A stretch of DNA of 64,000 bases from a virus (lineage: Duplodnaviria; Caudoviricetes). The notes beneath the pieces were generated by a model, which searched no databases, was not told where the DNA came from, and saw only the letters and a program-made list of their open reading frames with translations. Below are positions 9,425 through 18,498 of the stretch, piece after piece. The stretch covers positions 2,003-66,002 of IMG/VR virus record IMGVR_UViG_3300025280_000031; one strand, given 5' to 3'. A program made the position numbers and the translations under genes. Numbering within the stretch: position 1 is the first letter of the stretch; each line of letters begins with the position of its first letter.

Positions 9425-9905
9425 GATTCATACAGCCAGGAATCATTTCTAAATCAATTTTACGAGACATCCTTAAAACTTTTCTAGCATAATATATGCC
9501 TCGCTTACTTTTATTTTTACCTCGACAAACATATCCAGCATTGTAAGCGCACAAGCCGATTGTCACATTTTTTTTAGCATAACCATAAATCCAATAACTT
9601 AATATTTGCGCACCTTTTCTAATGGCAAGCGCGGGATCTTTTTGAAGGCGGCTGCAGCCTACATACCCAAACTTCCTTGAAAACTTTGGAATGACTTGAG
9701 TCAAACCACAAGCGCCCGCTTTGCTTTTTACTTTAGGGTTCCATCTGCTTTCAACATAAATTAAAGCAGTCAAAATGACGGGATCAATGTTGTATTCCTC
9801 AGAATATTTTACAACCGTATCCATATGTTCACAAGCATATTCCGCTCTAGGCATGCCAATTGCCAAAATGGCGGCACATATTAATTCTGCAGTTGTCATC
9901 ATCAT
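9417..9905 (-). CDS. soluble lytic transglycosylase (SLT) domain protein with N-terminal signal/anchor
   Basis: IYVESRWNP, AGACGLTQ, AYNAG. Confidence 0.88.
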   Translation of the reverse strand: MMMTTAELICAAILAIGMPRAEYACEHMDTVVKYSEEYNIDPVILTALIYVESRWNPKVKSKAGACGLTQVIPKFSRKFGYVGCSRLQKDPALAIRKGAQILSYWIYGYAKKNVTIGLCAYNAGYVCRGKNKSKRGIYYARKVLRMSRKIDLEMIPGCMNRE

Positions 9906-10180
9906 TTGTTATATATCACTCCACATATATGATTTTCTAAAACAATAGAAAAATTATACTCCCCAACATTAATATCTTGAACCAAATGAGTTGGAACAAC
10001 GACTTTTTCACCTTTTCTCGCTATTACAGCACAATCTGGACTTGTGGATAAAACACGCAAAAGTGTGTATTCATCAACTTGTTTATAACCTTCCGGTAAT
10101 AAAATATCTGTTCCTTTCTCTTCCTCATTTTTTTCCATTCTTTCTACCAAAAGATGTCTATTTCTTGGTTCAAATTTCAT
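9902..10180 (-). CDS. groES: GroES-like co-chaperonin
   Basis: MKFEPRNRHLLVE...ILLP...GEKVVV...IVLENHICGV. Confidence 0.75.
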   Translation of the reverse strand: MKFEPRNRHLLVERMEKNEEEKGTDILLPEGYKQVDEYTLLRVLSTSPDCAVIARKGEKVVVPTHLVQDINVGEYNFSIVLENHICGVIYNK

Positions 10181-10404
10181 GCTGCTTCTCCTAAAAGGTG
10201 TTTATAAGTTTCGTACTGCGCCGGAGTAAAAAAGTGCCAATATCTCCTTTCACATCTTTTACAAAAGAATTCAGACCCAACCGATCCGTCAACTGATTTG
10301 CGAATTTGACCTCCAGAAAGCCATGAGTGTTGTCGTAATTTTGTTCGCGATCCATCACAATTTTCTGTTGCTTCCTTTTCTGGCAATAAATAATTAAGTT
10401 TCAT
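10177..10404 (-). CDS. hypothetical protein with a CxxC motif
   Basis: 75-aa ORF with strong AGGAGG SD. Confidence 0.65.
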   Translation of the reverse strand: MKLNYLLPEKEATENCDGSRTKLRQHSWLSGGQIRKSVDGSVGSEFFCKRCERRYWHFFTPAQYETYKHLLGEAA

Positions 10405-10446
10405 TTTATCCTCCTTTGTCTATTATAAAATATTTTGAAACAAATA

Positions 10447-12879
10447 TTAACCACATTTTGCATAACCGCACTTAGTACAAGTTACGCATCCGTCTTGATA
10501 AGTCAAACCTTCTTGTTCGCAAGCTTCACATACCTTATCGTTCTCTACTTTTTCTCCATTTTGAATATAATTTTTAAGAATTCTCGCAATACATCTCGAG
10601 AAGCTAAACATATCGCTATCACGATCCTTTTGTAGTTGTTCTACTAAAAAACTCGGTTTTGCGCCATGACGCAGAGATAGAGAAATCATTCTTGTAAATG
10701 CTGAATTTGTTGGATTATCAAAAACGGTTACAACATCTTTAATAAAGATTGCGTCGTCTTCTTCACCTATTTGAAGATCATATCTGTTATTTCTGGTTTT
10801 AAAACTATGTTTTGTCAAAGTCCCACGTACATGTTTTTTTGGAATCTCGATTAAATTTGATAACCCGCCCAAAACTTCATAAGGTTTGTTATCATATATG
10901 CCAACAAGGATTGTCCATTTTTCACCTTGAATTGTAGTGTGGTGGATGTCACAAGAAAGTTCATGTGGTCTCTTTGGAGCACCATTTTGTGGAAATACTT
11001 CTTTTGTGGTTTCTGTTATTAAAACACCACTTCGGCTTCCATCAACATAAACTGTAATTCCTTTAAGTCCTTTTTTCCAGCCTTCGAAGTAAAGTTCTCC
11101 CACAACACTCGGCTCAGTGCCTTTTGGTAAGTTAATTGTTGAACTAATTGAATGATCAATATTTTTTTGAATGGCTGCCTGAATTTCTACTCTTTTTGGC
11201 CAATCAATTTGGTCACTTTCTACAAAAAAATCTGGGATTTCTTTTGTTTTGTATAAATTAAGATATTCTTGCAAATTATGATGAAACACTTTATATTCTA
11301 GCCATTTATCGCCGAGTTCATCCACATAATCGGTTTCAACATTTTGCTCATTATGAGAAAGTTTTCGTCGTCGCACATAAGAGTTTCTAAATACGGGCTC
11401 CAAGCCAGAACTAGTTTGAGACATAATAGAAACAGAACCGGTAGGAGCATTTGTAAGAATAGAAATGTTACGTCTTCCAAATCTAGAAATTTCTTCCCGC
11501 AAAATTTTTGGCAGTCGCGAGATATAGGAGTTCGATTTTTCTTTGTCCCAATCAAAAACTGGAAATGCGCCACGTTGCTTGGCTAAGTTAACGCTTTCGG
11601 TATAAGCGGCATCTCTTAAAGTCTCATAAATTTTTTCTATCACCTTCAAAGCCTTGTCAGAATCATAGCGAAGGTTTAAACAAGCAATTGCGTCTGCTAA
11701 TCCGTGAGTTCCCAAACCAGTTCTTCTGCCGGCGCGACAAGCTTTTAAGAGATTCCTCCACAAAGCTTTTTCATCTTTTGTATCGCATGCTTTAATGATT
11801 CTTTCGAGCTTTTCAATTTCAAGCTCAACAAGATCATCCGATAATCTCATTGCTTGAGTTGCGACTTCATACAATTTATAGAAGTCGAACTTTGGGCCCT
11901 TAAATGGGTTGATGACAAAGTTTTTGAGATTGATTGATATCAGCCGGCAACTATCATAAGCAGAAAGAGGTATTTCCCCACAAGGATTCGTTGTCAAAGT
12001 CTTGAATCCAACATCGGCATAACTTTCTGCTGGCAAATTATTGATAATATTGTCCCACATCATAAGTCCGGGCTCAGCAGTTTTTGTTGCTGATTCAACA
12101 ATGAGATCCCACAAATCTGCTGCCTGAATTTCTTTTGTAACGGCTGGATTGTCCGAATCAACAGGAAATTGTAGAGTAAAAGTATCTTTATCTTCAACTG
12201 CTTTCATGAAATCATCGCTTATCTTAACCGAAACATTAGCACCAGTAACTTTTGTTAAATTGTGTTTCATTTTAACGAACTGTTCAATATCCGGATGCTT
12301 GATATCCATCGTAATCATCAAAGCTCCTCTTCGGCCATTTTGTCCAATCATGCGACAAACATATGAGTAGAAATCAGCAAACGACCAAGCGCCGGTTGTT
12401 GTTCCAGCGGAATTGTTAACGGAGGCATTTTCAGGGCGAAGTTTAGAAATATCTAAACCAACTCCACAGCGACGTTTAAATAGATTGGCAAGATACTTGC
12501 CAGAATCAACAATTGAAGAAATATTATCTTTCGGAGAGTCTATAACAACACAATTTGATAAAGACACATTGACATAATTATTTCCAATGCCCATCATGGG
12601 CGAACCTTGAGGAACAACATAGTTAAAATGCTTCAAAAGTTCGTAAATTGTATCATAAGAGAGTTTTTTATCGCCTCCAAACTTTTCTTCCATCCTTTCA
12701 AATTCTTTAGCAATTCGAACGTGCATGTCGTCAGGAGTTTTTTCTACAAATTCACCTCCTTTGTTTTTCAAGGCATATTTGGTCATCCAAACGTTTGTAG
12801 CTAATTGATCGCCACCAAAATACTCTGATGTGGCTTTATGAACTTCTTCTTCATTGTGCATCTTTATTGTCCTTACCAT
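10447..12879 (-). CDS. nrdJ: class II (adenosylcobalamin-dependent) ribonucleotide reductase
   Basis: SNC, RRGALM, TNPCGEIPL, RRTGLG, APTGSVS, SISSTIN; C-terminal Cys cluster; no beta subunit nearby. Confidence 0.88.
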   Translation of the reverse strand: MVRTIKMHNEEEVHKATSEYFGGDQLATNVWMTKYALKNKGGEFVEKTPDDMHVRIAKEFERMEEKFGGDKKLSYDTIYELLKHFNYVVPQGSPMMGIGNNYVNVSLSNCVVIDSPKDNISSIVDSGKYLANLFKRRCGVGLDISKLRPENASVNNSAGTTTGAWSFADFYSYVCRMIGQNGRRGALMITMDIKHPDIEQFVKMKHNLTKVTGANVSVKISDDFMKAVEDKDTFTLQFPVDSDNPAVTKEIQAADLWDLIVESATKTAEPGLMMWDNIINNLPAESYADVGFKTLTTNPCGEIPLSAYDSCRLISINLKNFVINPFKGPKFDFYKLYEVATQAMRLSDDLVELEIEKLERIIKACDTKDEKALWRNLLKACRAGRRTGLGTHGLADAIACLNLRYDSDKALKVIEKIYETLRDAAYTESVNLAKQRGAFPVFDWDKEKSNSYISRLPKILREEISRFGRRNISILTNAPTGSVSIMSQTSSGLEPVFRNSYVRRRKLSHNEQNVETDYVDELGDKWLEYKVFHHNLQEYLNLYKTKEIPDFFVESDQIDWPKRVEIQAAIQKNIDHSISSTINLPKGTEPSVVGELYFEGWKKGLKGITVYVDGSRSGVLITETTKEVFPQNGAPKRPHELSCDIHHTTIQGEKWTILVGIYDNKPYEVLGGLSNLIEIPKKHVRGTLTKHSFKTRNNRYDLQIGEEDDAIFIKDVVTVFDNPTNSAFTRMISLSLRHGAKPSFLVEQLQKDRDSDMFSFSRCIARILKNYIQNGEKVENDKVCEACEQEGLTYQDGCVTCTKCGYAKCG

Positions 12880-14248
12880 TTTTGAATTCTTTGTATTTTT
12901 CCTTTAATTTTTCGGCCTGTTCCTTTGCTGTTGTTGTATTTTTTTGGTCAATATATTCTTTGATGTTATTAATTTTTTCAAACACTTCAATTTTGACATT
13001 TGATGCATCCATAAATATTTGATGCAGTATTCCATCTGGTCCAAATCTGTTTTTTGCAACAAACATGGTTCCGCTGTTCATAGCCTTTTCATTGTCTGTT
13101 CTAGAGACAGAAAAAATAAAATCTGCAACAAAGCATTTGTTAAACGCCTCAGAGATCGATTCCATTGTTATGTAATCATTATTCAAGCCAGACCTGTTAG
13201 TTTGTGAAGCCGTCCAAAGAGGACAATCATTCTTTTGAGCAATTGCTCTTAATTCTTCGTAAATAGATTCTAGTTCCATTCTTTTCTCTTTACGAACAAC
13301 ATTTGGTTTTAAAAGATCTCCATAGTCAACAAGAATCATATCAACCTTAAAATCGCGTTGTCGCAATTTTTCAAGATGATTTTCCAAAGTTTTTGTAGAA
13401 GCAGATTTTGTTGGATATTCTTTAACAATTAAACCGCCATCCAAGTCTTGAACTGTTTCATAAATTTGTTCTTTCATAGCAAACAAATCTTTGAGAGGAA
13501 TTCCAGTTATACAACTATCATATCTTGATGCTACCATAGTATCAGATAATTCTAAAGTGTAGTGAACAACATTTTTTCCTTCTTTTATTGCTTGCGCGCC
13601 CAAATGAACCAAAACCATCGACTTACCAACACCTGTTGGTGCAATAACAACTCCAAGCTCTCCTTTACCCAAACCTCCCTTTATCACCTCGTCAATATAT
13701 CTCCAACCAGTTGTTATAGGATTCCTTGTTTTAATTTGAAATCTTTCTTCAAAATCTTTTAGATAATCGTAACCAACATTGTTGTCGCAGCCAAGCTTGA
13801 GAGCGTCATTAATAGTACAGGCTATTTCATCAAAAGAAGAATTTTTGAGAAGGCCAACACTTTTGATCATCGCCTCTTTTAGAACTTGTTTTTTACAGAA
13901 ATCGAGAGCAGTGTCTTTAACATATTCTTCGCCCTCAACCTCCATATCTGATTTATGAATTCTGGCGAAATAATCTCTTACTTGTGTTTGTGTAGCATCG
14001 TTTTCATCGCTTAGTTCAGAACGAACTATTGTTAACATAATACGAACTGACGGATGAACGCCGTATTTTACTCTATAATCGAAAACCTTCTGAACAAACA
14101 CACGAAGATATTTCAACTCCAAAAATTGAATATCGAGCACTTCTTCGATTTGATCACAAAAAATTCTATCCTGCAGAACCAATTGACACAGCTTTTCCTG
14201 AAAATCTTTGCCGTATCTTGAAAAATCTGCTCTCTCTTCTATTGCCAT
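12851..14248 (-). CDS. dnaB: DnaB/gp41-like replicative helicase
   Basis: Walker A APTGVGKS, YTLE, ILVDY, TASQTNR, KNRFG; start reassigned to MAIEE. Confidence 0.9.
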   Translation of the reverse strand: MAIEERADFSRYGKDFQEKLCQLVLQDRIFCDQIEEVLDIQFLELKYLRVFVQKVFDYRVKYGVHPSVRIMLTIVRSELSDENDATQTQVRDYFARIHKSDMEVEGEEYVKDTALDFCKKQVLKEAMIKSVGLLKNSSFDEIACTINDALKLGCDNNVGYDYLKDFEERFQIKTRNPITTGWRYIDEVIKGGLGKGELGVVIAPTGVGKSMVLVHLGAQAIKEGKNVVHYTLELSDTMVASRYDSCITGIPLKDLFAMKEQIYETVQDLDGGLIVKEYPTKSASTKTLENHLEKLRQRDFKVDMILVDYGDLLKPNVVRKEKRMELESIYEELRAIAQKNDCPLWTASQTNRSGLNNDYITMESISEAFNKCFVADFIFSVSRTDNEKAMNSGTMFVAKNRFGPDGILHQIFMDASNVKIEVFEKINNIKEYIDQKNTTTAKEQAEKLKEKYKEFKNGKDNKDAQ

Positions 14249-14262
14249 AAATCGTCCTTTTT

Positions 14263-14339
14263 TGGTACGCCCGTCTGGACTTGAACCAGAGACTTCCACC
14301 TTATAAGAGTGGCGTTCTAACCTACTGAACTACAGGCGC
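14263..14339 (-). tRNA. tRNA-Ile, anticodon UAU, with encoded CCA
   Basis: GCGCCTG/CGGGCGT acceptor stem, D arm, CCACT-CTTATAA-GGTGG anticodon arm, GGTTCAAGTCC T arm, ACCA end. Confidence 0.92.
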
Positions 14340-14350
14340 TCAATATTAAC

Positions 14351-14379
14351 ATCATATCTCATTTTTCTTTTGTTGTCAA
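14351..14379 (-). promoter_or_regulatory. sigma70-type promoter TTGACA-17-TATGAT
   Basis: directly upstream of the tRNA and helicase. Confidence 0.7.
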
Positions 14380-15330
14380 GCAAATTCTTTTCATTGTCGC
14401 GAACAACTCTGCCCAATCATATGCTCCGATGCCATCTTCGATCATCAATCCAATACATTGAGTTTTGTTTAATTCTGGTAGCATCTCTTTAATTGCATAT
14501 TTAATCCTCTGACTCGCTTGAGCAGAAATTAAAGGCGTGTATAGCTGCATCATTTTGTAGTTTCTTTGTATTTTATCTTCGCTGTTCAAAATATTGTGAT
14601 GGACCTTCAAAGGATTTTCCACTATCTCGCAAGCCTCCAAAAGTGTTTTGATTTCATGAGTTTTTGCTTCTGCAAGAAAAGGAAATCTTTTGGCAACCGT
14701 TTTCAAGCCAGCGCCTCCAACTCCGTCCAAATTGTCGCTCTTGTCGCCGCAAATGGCCCTTGCGAGGGCGAAGTTGTTGGGGTGTATACCAAACAGCTCG
14801 ACAAGCCTTTTCGTGTTAATAAGCTCCCTTTGAACAGGCCTGTACACTATCGTTTCATCGTCACAAAGTTGATAAAAATCCTTATCACTGGAAATGATTA
14901 CTTTTTGTTCATCTTTGAAGTATTGCATTTGAGCTACATAACTAATAATATCATCTGCTTCAGTTTCATCAATCATAATCTGAGAAACCGGCAAACAATT
15001 GAGATATGTTATTAATCTCTGCTGTTGCCATACTTTATTGTATTGCTCTTCTTCTTCGGACATAACACGAACGCTACGATTAAGACGAACTGGTGATCGG
15101 CCTTCTTTATATCCTTTGTGTATCGTCTTTCTTTTCCTGCTTCCGCCAGGACCATCCCAACAAATTACAATGTGATCGGGCTTCATTTCTCTACAATATT
15201 TCTGTAGAGATTTAAGAAACCCAAATGCGCCGCCGATGGGCTCGCCATTTAAAGCAATTGAAGGATTTGATATGTAAGCTCTCAGATAAATGTTGAGGGC
15301 ATCAATTATTAATACTCTTTTCAAAACCAC
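14359..15330 (-). CDS. 5'-3' exonuclease / flap endonuclease (T4 RNase H-like)
   Basis: IIDALN, CWDG, YKEGR, EADD, SSDKDFYQL, GDKSDNLDGVGG. Confidence 0.92.
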   Translation of the reverse strand: MVLKRVLIIDALNIYLRAYISNPSIALNGEPIGGAFGFLKSLQKYCREMKPDHIVICWDGPGGSRKRKTIHKGYKEGRSPVRLNRSVRVMSEEEEQYNKVWQQQRLITYLNCLPVSQIMIDETEADDIISYVAQMQYFKDEQKVIISSDKDFYQLCDDETIVYRPVQRELINTKRLVELFGIHPNNFALARAICGDKSDNLDGVGGAGLKTVAKRFPFLAEAKTHEIKTLLEACEIVENPLKVHHNILNSEDKIQRNYKMMQLYTPLISAQASQRIKYAIKEMLPELNKTQCIGLMIEDGIGAYDWAELFATMKRICLTTKEK

Positions 15331-15617
15331 CTTTTTTTGGGGTAAAGTTCGTGAATTTCATCGACGCAATATCCTAACAAGCGCTGATAATATTTTTCAT
15401 CTTTAATCTCTGATATTGGAGGGCTCCAAGATAATTTAAGCTTCTTTCTTCCTGCTTTAAGCGTTTGTCTTTCGCTGCAACCAAAAAGTGGACTAGAAAG
15501 TTCGATATTAACGAGTCTAAACTTCATCTTAGGAAAACATTGTTCGAGTTCATCTAAAAATCTTTCTTCCATACTGTAACTAGAATCACAGTTTATAACA
15601 TTCAAGAGTGCCGTCAT
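15321..15617 (-). CDS. hypothetical protein
   Basis: 98-aa ORF filling the operon gap. Confidence 0.55.
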   Translation of the reverse strand: MTALLNVINCDSSYSMEERFLDELEQCFPKMKFRLVNIELSSPLFGCSERQTLKAGRKKLKLSWSPPISEIKDEKYYQRLLGYCVDEIHELYPKKRWF

Positions 15618-15993
15618 CTGTAGTATAATATATCCTTTTTATTCCAACATGCTTTAAAGCTGATTCACACATGGAACATGGTTTGCTCATTTTAAAGTCG
15701 CCTGCTCCATTAACTCTAACAACATAAATATCTGTTCCTTGTGTCACGGACCGATCTAAATTAAGAACAGCTGCAAGTTCTGCATGCAGCGTTGATATTC
15801 CCTTATCTCTCTCACGAAATCTTTTACCAAAAGAGGAATAAGACCATTTGTTGTGTGCAGCATTTATAATATTTCCGCCTTTCACTAAAACGGCGCCGTG
15901 ACAAGTGCGAGATTCATTACTCTGTTGTGCCATCCTTTTGGCCAACGACAGATAGCTTTGTGTCTTCTTCGATATTTTCGTTTTCGATGTCAT
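15586..15993 (-). CDS. zinc-dependent cytidine/dCMP deaminase family protein
   Basis: HGAVLV, LHAE, SKPCSMC; start reassigned to MTSKTK. Confidence 0.85.
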   Translation of the reverse strand: MTSKTKISKKTQSYLSLAKRMAQQSNESRTCHGAVLVKGGNIINAAHNKWSYSSFGKRFRERDKGISTLHAELAAVLNLDRSVTQGTDIYVVRVNGAGDFKMSKPCSMCESALKHVGIKRIYYTTDDGTLECYKL

Positions 15994-17086
15994 AAAAGTC
16001 TGCTGCTTCGCCTTGTCGCTTGTCAAACTTGAGGATGACTTCTTCATCCATTATGTTTAATACTCTATCACGAAATTTCTGATTTGTCAACATATTTTTC
16101 CATTTGGATGGCTGAAACTTTTCTTCTGCGCCATCCTTATATTGAAGCGAATACCATGCCCCGCTTTGTTTAAGGTGGTTAGAGCCTTTGATAGCTTCAA
16201 ACCAGCTTTCCTCATCTTGAACGCCTATATCATCGCCCCAAAGAATTTTAAAACTAGCTTGCCTCCCTTGAGTTCCAAAACGACTTTTCTTCAAAGTAGC
16301 TTTGACCTCTGTTCCTACTCTAAACCCTCTTTCATCAAGCACAAAACTAGCCTTCGCTTTTCGTCCTGTAAGCCAAATGCGAAGAGAATAAGAATAAATC
16401 ATAGCTTTGCCGCCGGGCGTCATATAAGGTTCAACCATCGCCTCCGAAGGACTTCTGGTGATATTGGTTTTAAGTTGGTTAAGAACTAAAAATGTCGATT
16501 GGCTGTTCGCAATTGGGACGGTCAACTTGGACATCCCTTTTGCGAGAATACGAGCTTTCACCGCCATCGACGAAAGAGGATTAAAATCACCTTCAACATC
16601 GCTAACAGACGGTGTTAAAGCGAGACTATCCCAAATAAATAACATGCGATTATCATTGTTGGCAAGAAGGTCTTCAATTGTCTCAAGAACAAATTCTACA
16701 CTTTGTGCTTGGACATAAAGCAGACTTTCTAAATCACAACCGGTTCGTTCAAGGAAGGTTGGATCAATCGCTGATTCAGAATCAAAATAAATTACATCAA
16801 TGCCCATATTTTGAGCATTGGCAGCAACTTGAGCGGCCATATAAGACTTACCAGTTGATTCCAAACCTGCAATTTCAACAATTTTCCCTAATGGGATGCC
16901 TGATAGCTGTCCACGACAAATAATTGAGTCGAGCCAGCGAGAGCCCGTTGGGATCCAATCTTTTACTTCTGTCGGATTGGCTTCAGTTAAATTGTGTGCA
17001 ACAGACATGCCGGCCTTCTTATTGATAAGGCCTCGCATATCCGCCATAGAAAGCTTGCCTGCTTTATTTTTATTTTTCTTTGCCAT
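15917..17086 (-). CDS. recA: RecA/UvsX recombinase
   Basis: IPTGS, Walker A GLESTGKS, DSESA, WDS, LNQL, TPGGKA. Confidence 0.93.
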   Translation of the reverse strand: MAKKNKNKAGKLSMADMRGLINKKAGMSVAHNLTEANPTEVKDWIPTGSRWLDSIICRGQLSGIPLGKIVEIAGLESTGKSYMAAQVAANAQNMGIDVIYFDSESAIDPTFLERTGCDLESLLYVQAQSVEFVLETIEDLLANNDNRMLFIWDSLALTPSVSDVEGDFNPLSSMAVKARILAKGMSKLTVPIANSQSTFLVLNQLKTNITRSPSEAMVEPYMTPGGKAMIYSYSLRIWLTGRKAKASFVLDERGFRVGTEVKATLKKSRFGTQGRQASFKILWGDDIGVQDEESWFEAIKGSNHLKQSGAWYSLQYKDGAEEKFQPSKWKNMLTNQKFRDRVLNIMDEEVILKFDKRQGEAADFYDIENENIEEDTKLSVVGQKDGTTE

Positions 17087-17109
17087 GTTGTAAGCCTGTG
17101 TTTAAAGTT

Positions 17110-17589
17110 TTATTTGACACTCAAAACTTCAATTTCAAAGTTTAACGTTTTACCAGCAAGCGGATGATTAAAATCCAAAACAACGGAACTTTCGTCGATT
17201 GAATTAATTTTCGCAGTTACCGATTGGCCGGCAGGATTTTGTCCTCGCACCATAGCCCCTTCTTGAAATTCAAAATCAGGGGGGAAAGCTTGGCGAGGGA
17301 CAGTCTGGAAAGCTTCAGAAAGAACCTCTCCGTAAGCTTCTCCCGGTGGCAATTTGACGTTTTTGACTTCACCAATTGTCATTCCTGGCAAAGCTGCCTC
17401 AAAACCAGGAATTAATTGACCTGATCCAACCTCAAGAGACATAGCCTCTTCGCGTGCACGTGAGTTATCAAATTCAGTTCCGTCATCAAATGTTCCAACG
17501 TAGTGTATACTCACCGTCTGTCCATTCTCTACTTTACTGCTTTTTGTTTTTTTGCTCACTGACTTTTTACTTTTTGTTTTTTTACTCAT
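17110..17589 (-). CDS. FKBP-type peptidyl-prolyl isomerase (SlyD/SlpA-like)
   Basis: HYVG...FDNS, LIPGFE, EAYG, LDFNHPLAGKTLNFEIEV. Confidence 0.92.
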   Translation of the reverse strand: MSKKTKSKKSVSKKTKSSKVENGQTVSIHYVGTFDDGTEFDNSRAREEAMSLEVGSGQLIPGFEAALPGMTIGEVKNVKLPPGEAYGEVLSEAFQTVPRQAFPPDFEFQEGAMVRGQNPAGQSVTAKINSIDESSVVLDFNHPLAGKTLNFEIEVLSVK

Positions 17590-17611
17590 TATAGCTTGCT
17601 CCTTTTTTATT

Positions 17612-17650
17612 AAAATTGAGACATCTGTAACCCCATGCCTCCCTGCGGGT
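17612..17650 (-). other. structured RNA element (hairpin or H-type pseudoknot) between the SSB and FKBP genes
   Basis: GAGGCAT/ATGTCTC stem whose loop GGGT can pair with the upstream ACCC; followed by AATTTT. Confidence 0.4.
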
Positions 17651-17660
17651 GAGAGAGAAC

Positions 17661-18401
17661 TTATGAAAGAAGCTCACTAAAAGCTTTATCCACTGAATTA
17701 CTTGATTCAGTACTGTACTTCTCTAAATTCTCAGAAGAGCCGGTATCTGCATTGCCCGATAAATATTCATCGAGAATAGCTTCAACTTCTTCTGGAGTTT
17801 TGCGCTCAAAGAGCGAATCGAGATCTGGAATTGTGTCCAGCCATTCGGCGCACTGTGCTTCATCTTCACACAAGAGCGACGGGCGGCGGCGAGGAGTAAT
17901 TTCCGTTTGAGGAAAAGAAGCTCCTGCTGGCTTTCCATATCGAATTACAAGATCTGTTCCAGCTTCAGAGTCTGTAATATCTCCATATTCAGGATTAAGA
18001 ACAAGATTAAGAAGCTTTTCATAAGCCATCTTGCCAAAGCCCCAAACACGCACGCCTTTATCTTCTTCTCCGCGAACAACCACTGGAGCGAAGAAACGCT
18101 GGCGAGCTGACAAAGATTTTGCCATCTTAATGCTCTCTTCGGTACCCTCTTTATAGAGCTTGCGAACAAATGCATCAAGCGCATCATCTTCTCCAAAATT
18201 CTTTTTTGGGCTCAAGAATCCTGGAGCGTTTCCAACATTATAATGGAACCAATAATCCTTGAAAGGATCGCCATCAGGAGTAGGAACGATTCGAATCGTC
18301 GTTTCTCCGTCTTGCGGCCTCCAAAACATTTCTCGGTTATTGCCATTTTTGTTGTCGATTGCAACGCGTCTGGCTCGCATTTTTTCCATATCAATACCCA
18401 T
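17661..18401 (-). CDS. gp32-like single-stranded DNA-binding protein
   Basis: FWRP...IRIVP, WFHY, VRVWGFGK, YGDITD..G.D, acidic C-terminus; start reassigned to MGIDM (AGGAG SD). Confidence 0.82.
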   Translation of the reverse strand: MGIDMEKMRARRVAIDNKNGNNREMFWRPQDGETTIRIVPTPDGDPFKDYWFHYNVGNAPGFLSPKKNFGEDDALDAFVRKLYKEGTEESIKMAKSLSARQRFFAPVVVRGEEDKGVRVWGFGKMAYEKLLNLVLNPEYGDITDSEAGTDLVIRYGKPAGASFPQTEITPRRRPSLLCEDEAQCAEWLDTIPDLDSLFERKTPEEVEAILDEYLSGNADTGSSENLEKYSTESSNSVDKAFSELLS

Positions 18402-18428
18402 ATTATTTCTCCTTTGTTTGAGTAAAGT

Positions 18429-18452
18429 CAGAATGACCAATTTCTCATTCTG
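18429..18452 (-). promoter_or_regulatory. 5'-UTR hairpin of the SSB mRNA
   Basis: perfect 8-bp inverted repeat CAGAATGA/TCATTCTG with an 8-nt loop. Confidence 0.5.
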
Positions 18453-18460
18453 CTATGTTC

Positions 18461-18489
18461 ATAATACCACAATGAATTCTGTTTGTCAA
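18461..18489 (-). promoter_or_regulatory. sigma70-type promoter TTGACA-17-TATTAT with extended -10
   Basis: upstream of SSB. Confidence 0.75.
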
Positions 18490-18498
18490 GTGTTTTTT

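Noticed and set aside
3639-12879. Inteins or introns in dnaE or nrdJ
   Set aside because: Lengths and motif spacing look normal; no splice-junction or LAGLIDADG motifs noticed
14249-14299. N-terminal extension of the helicase ORF
   Set aside because: It overlaps the tRNA; ATG 14248 is the sensible start
15917-15993. 77-bp overlap of the recA and deaminase genes as a dual-coding signal
   Set aside because: It involves only low-complexity terminal tails, which is common in compact phage genomes
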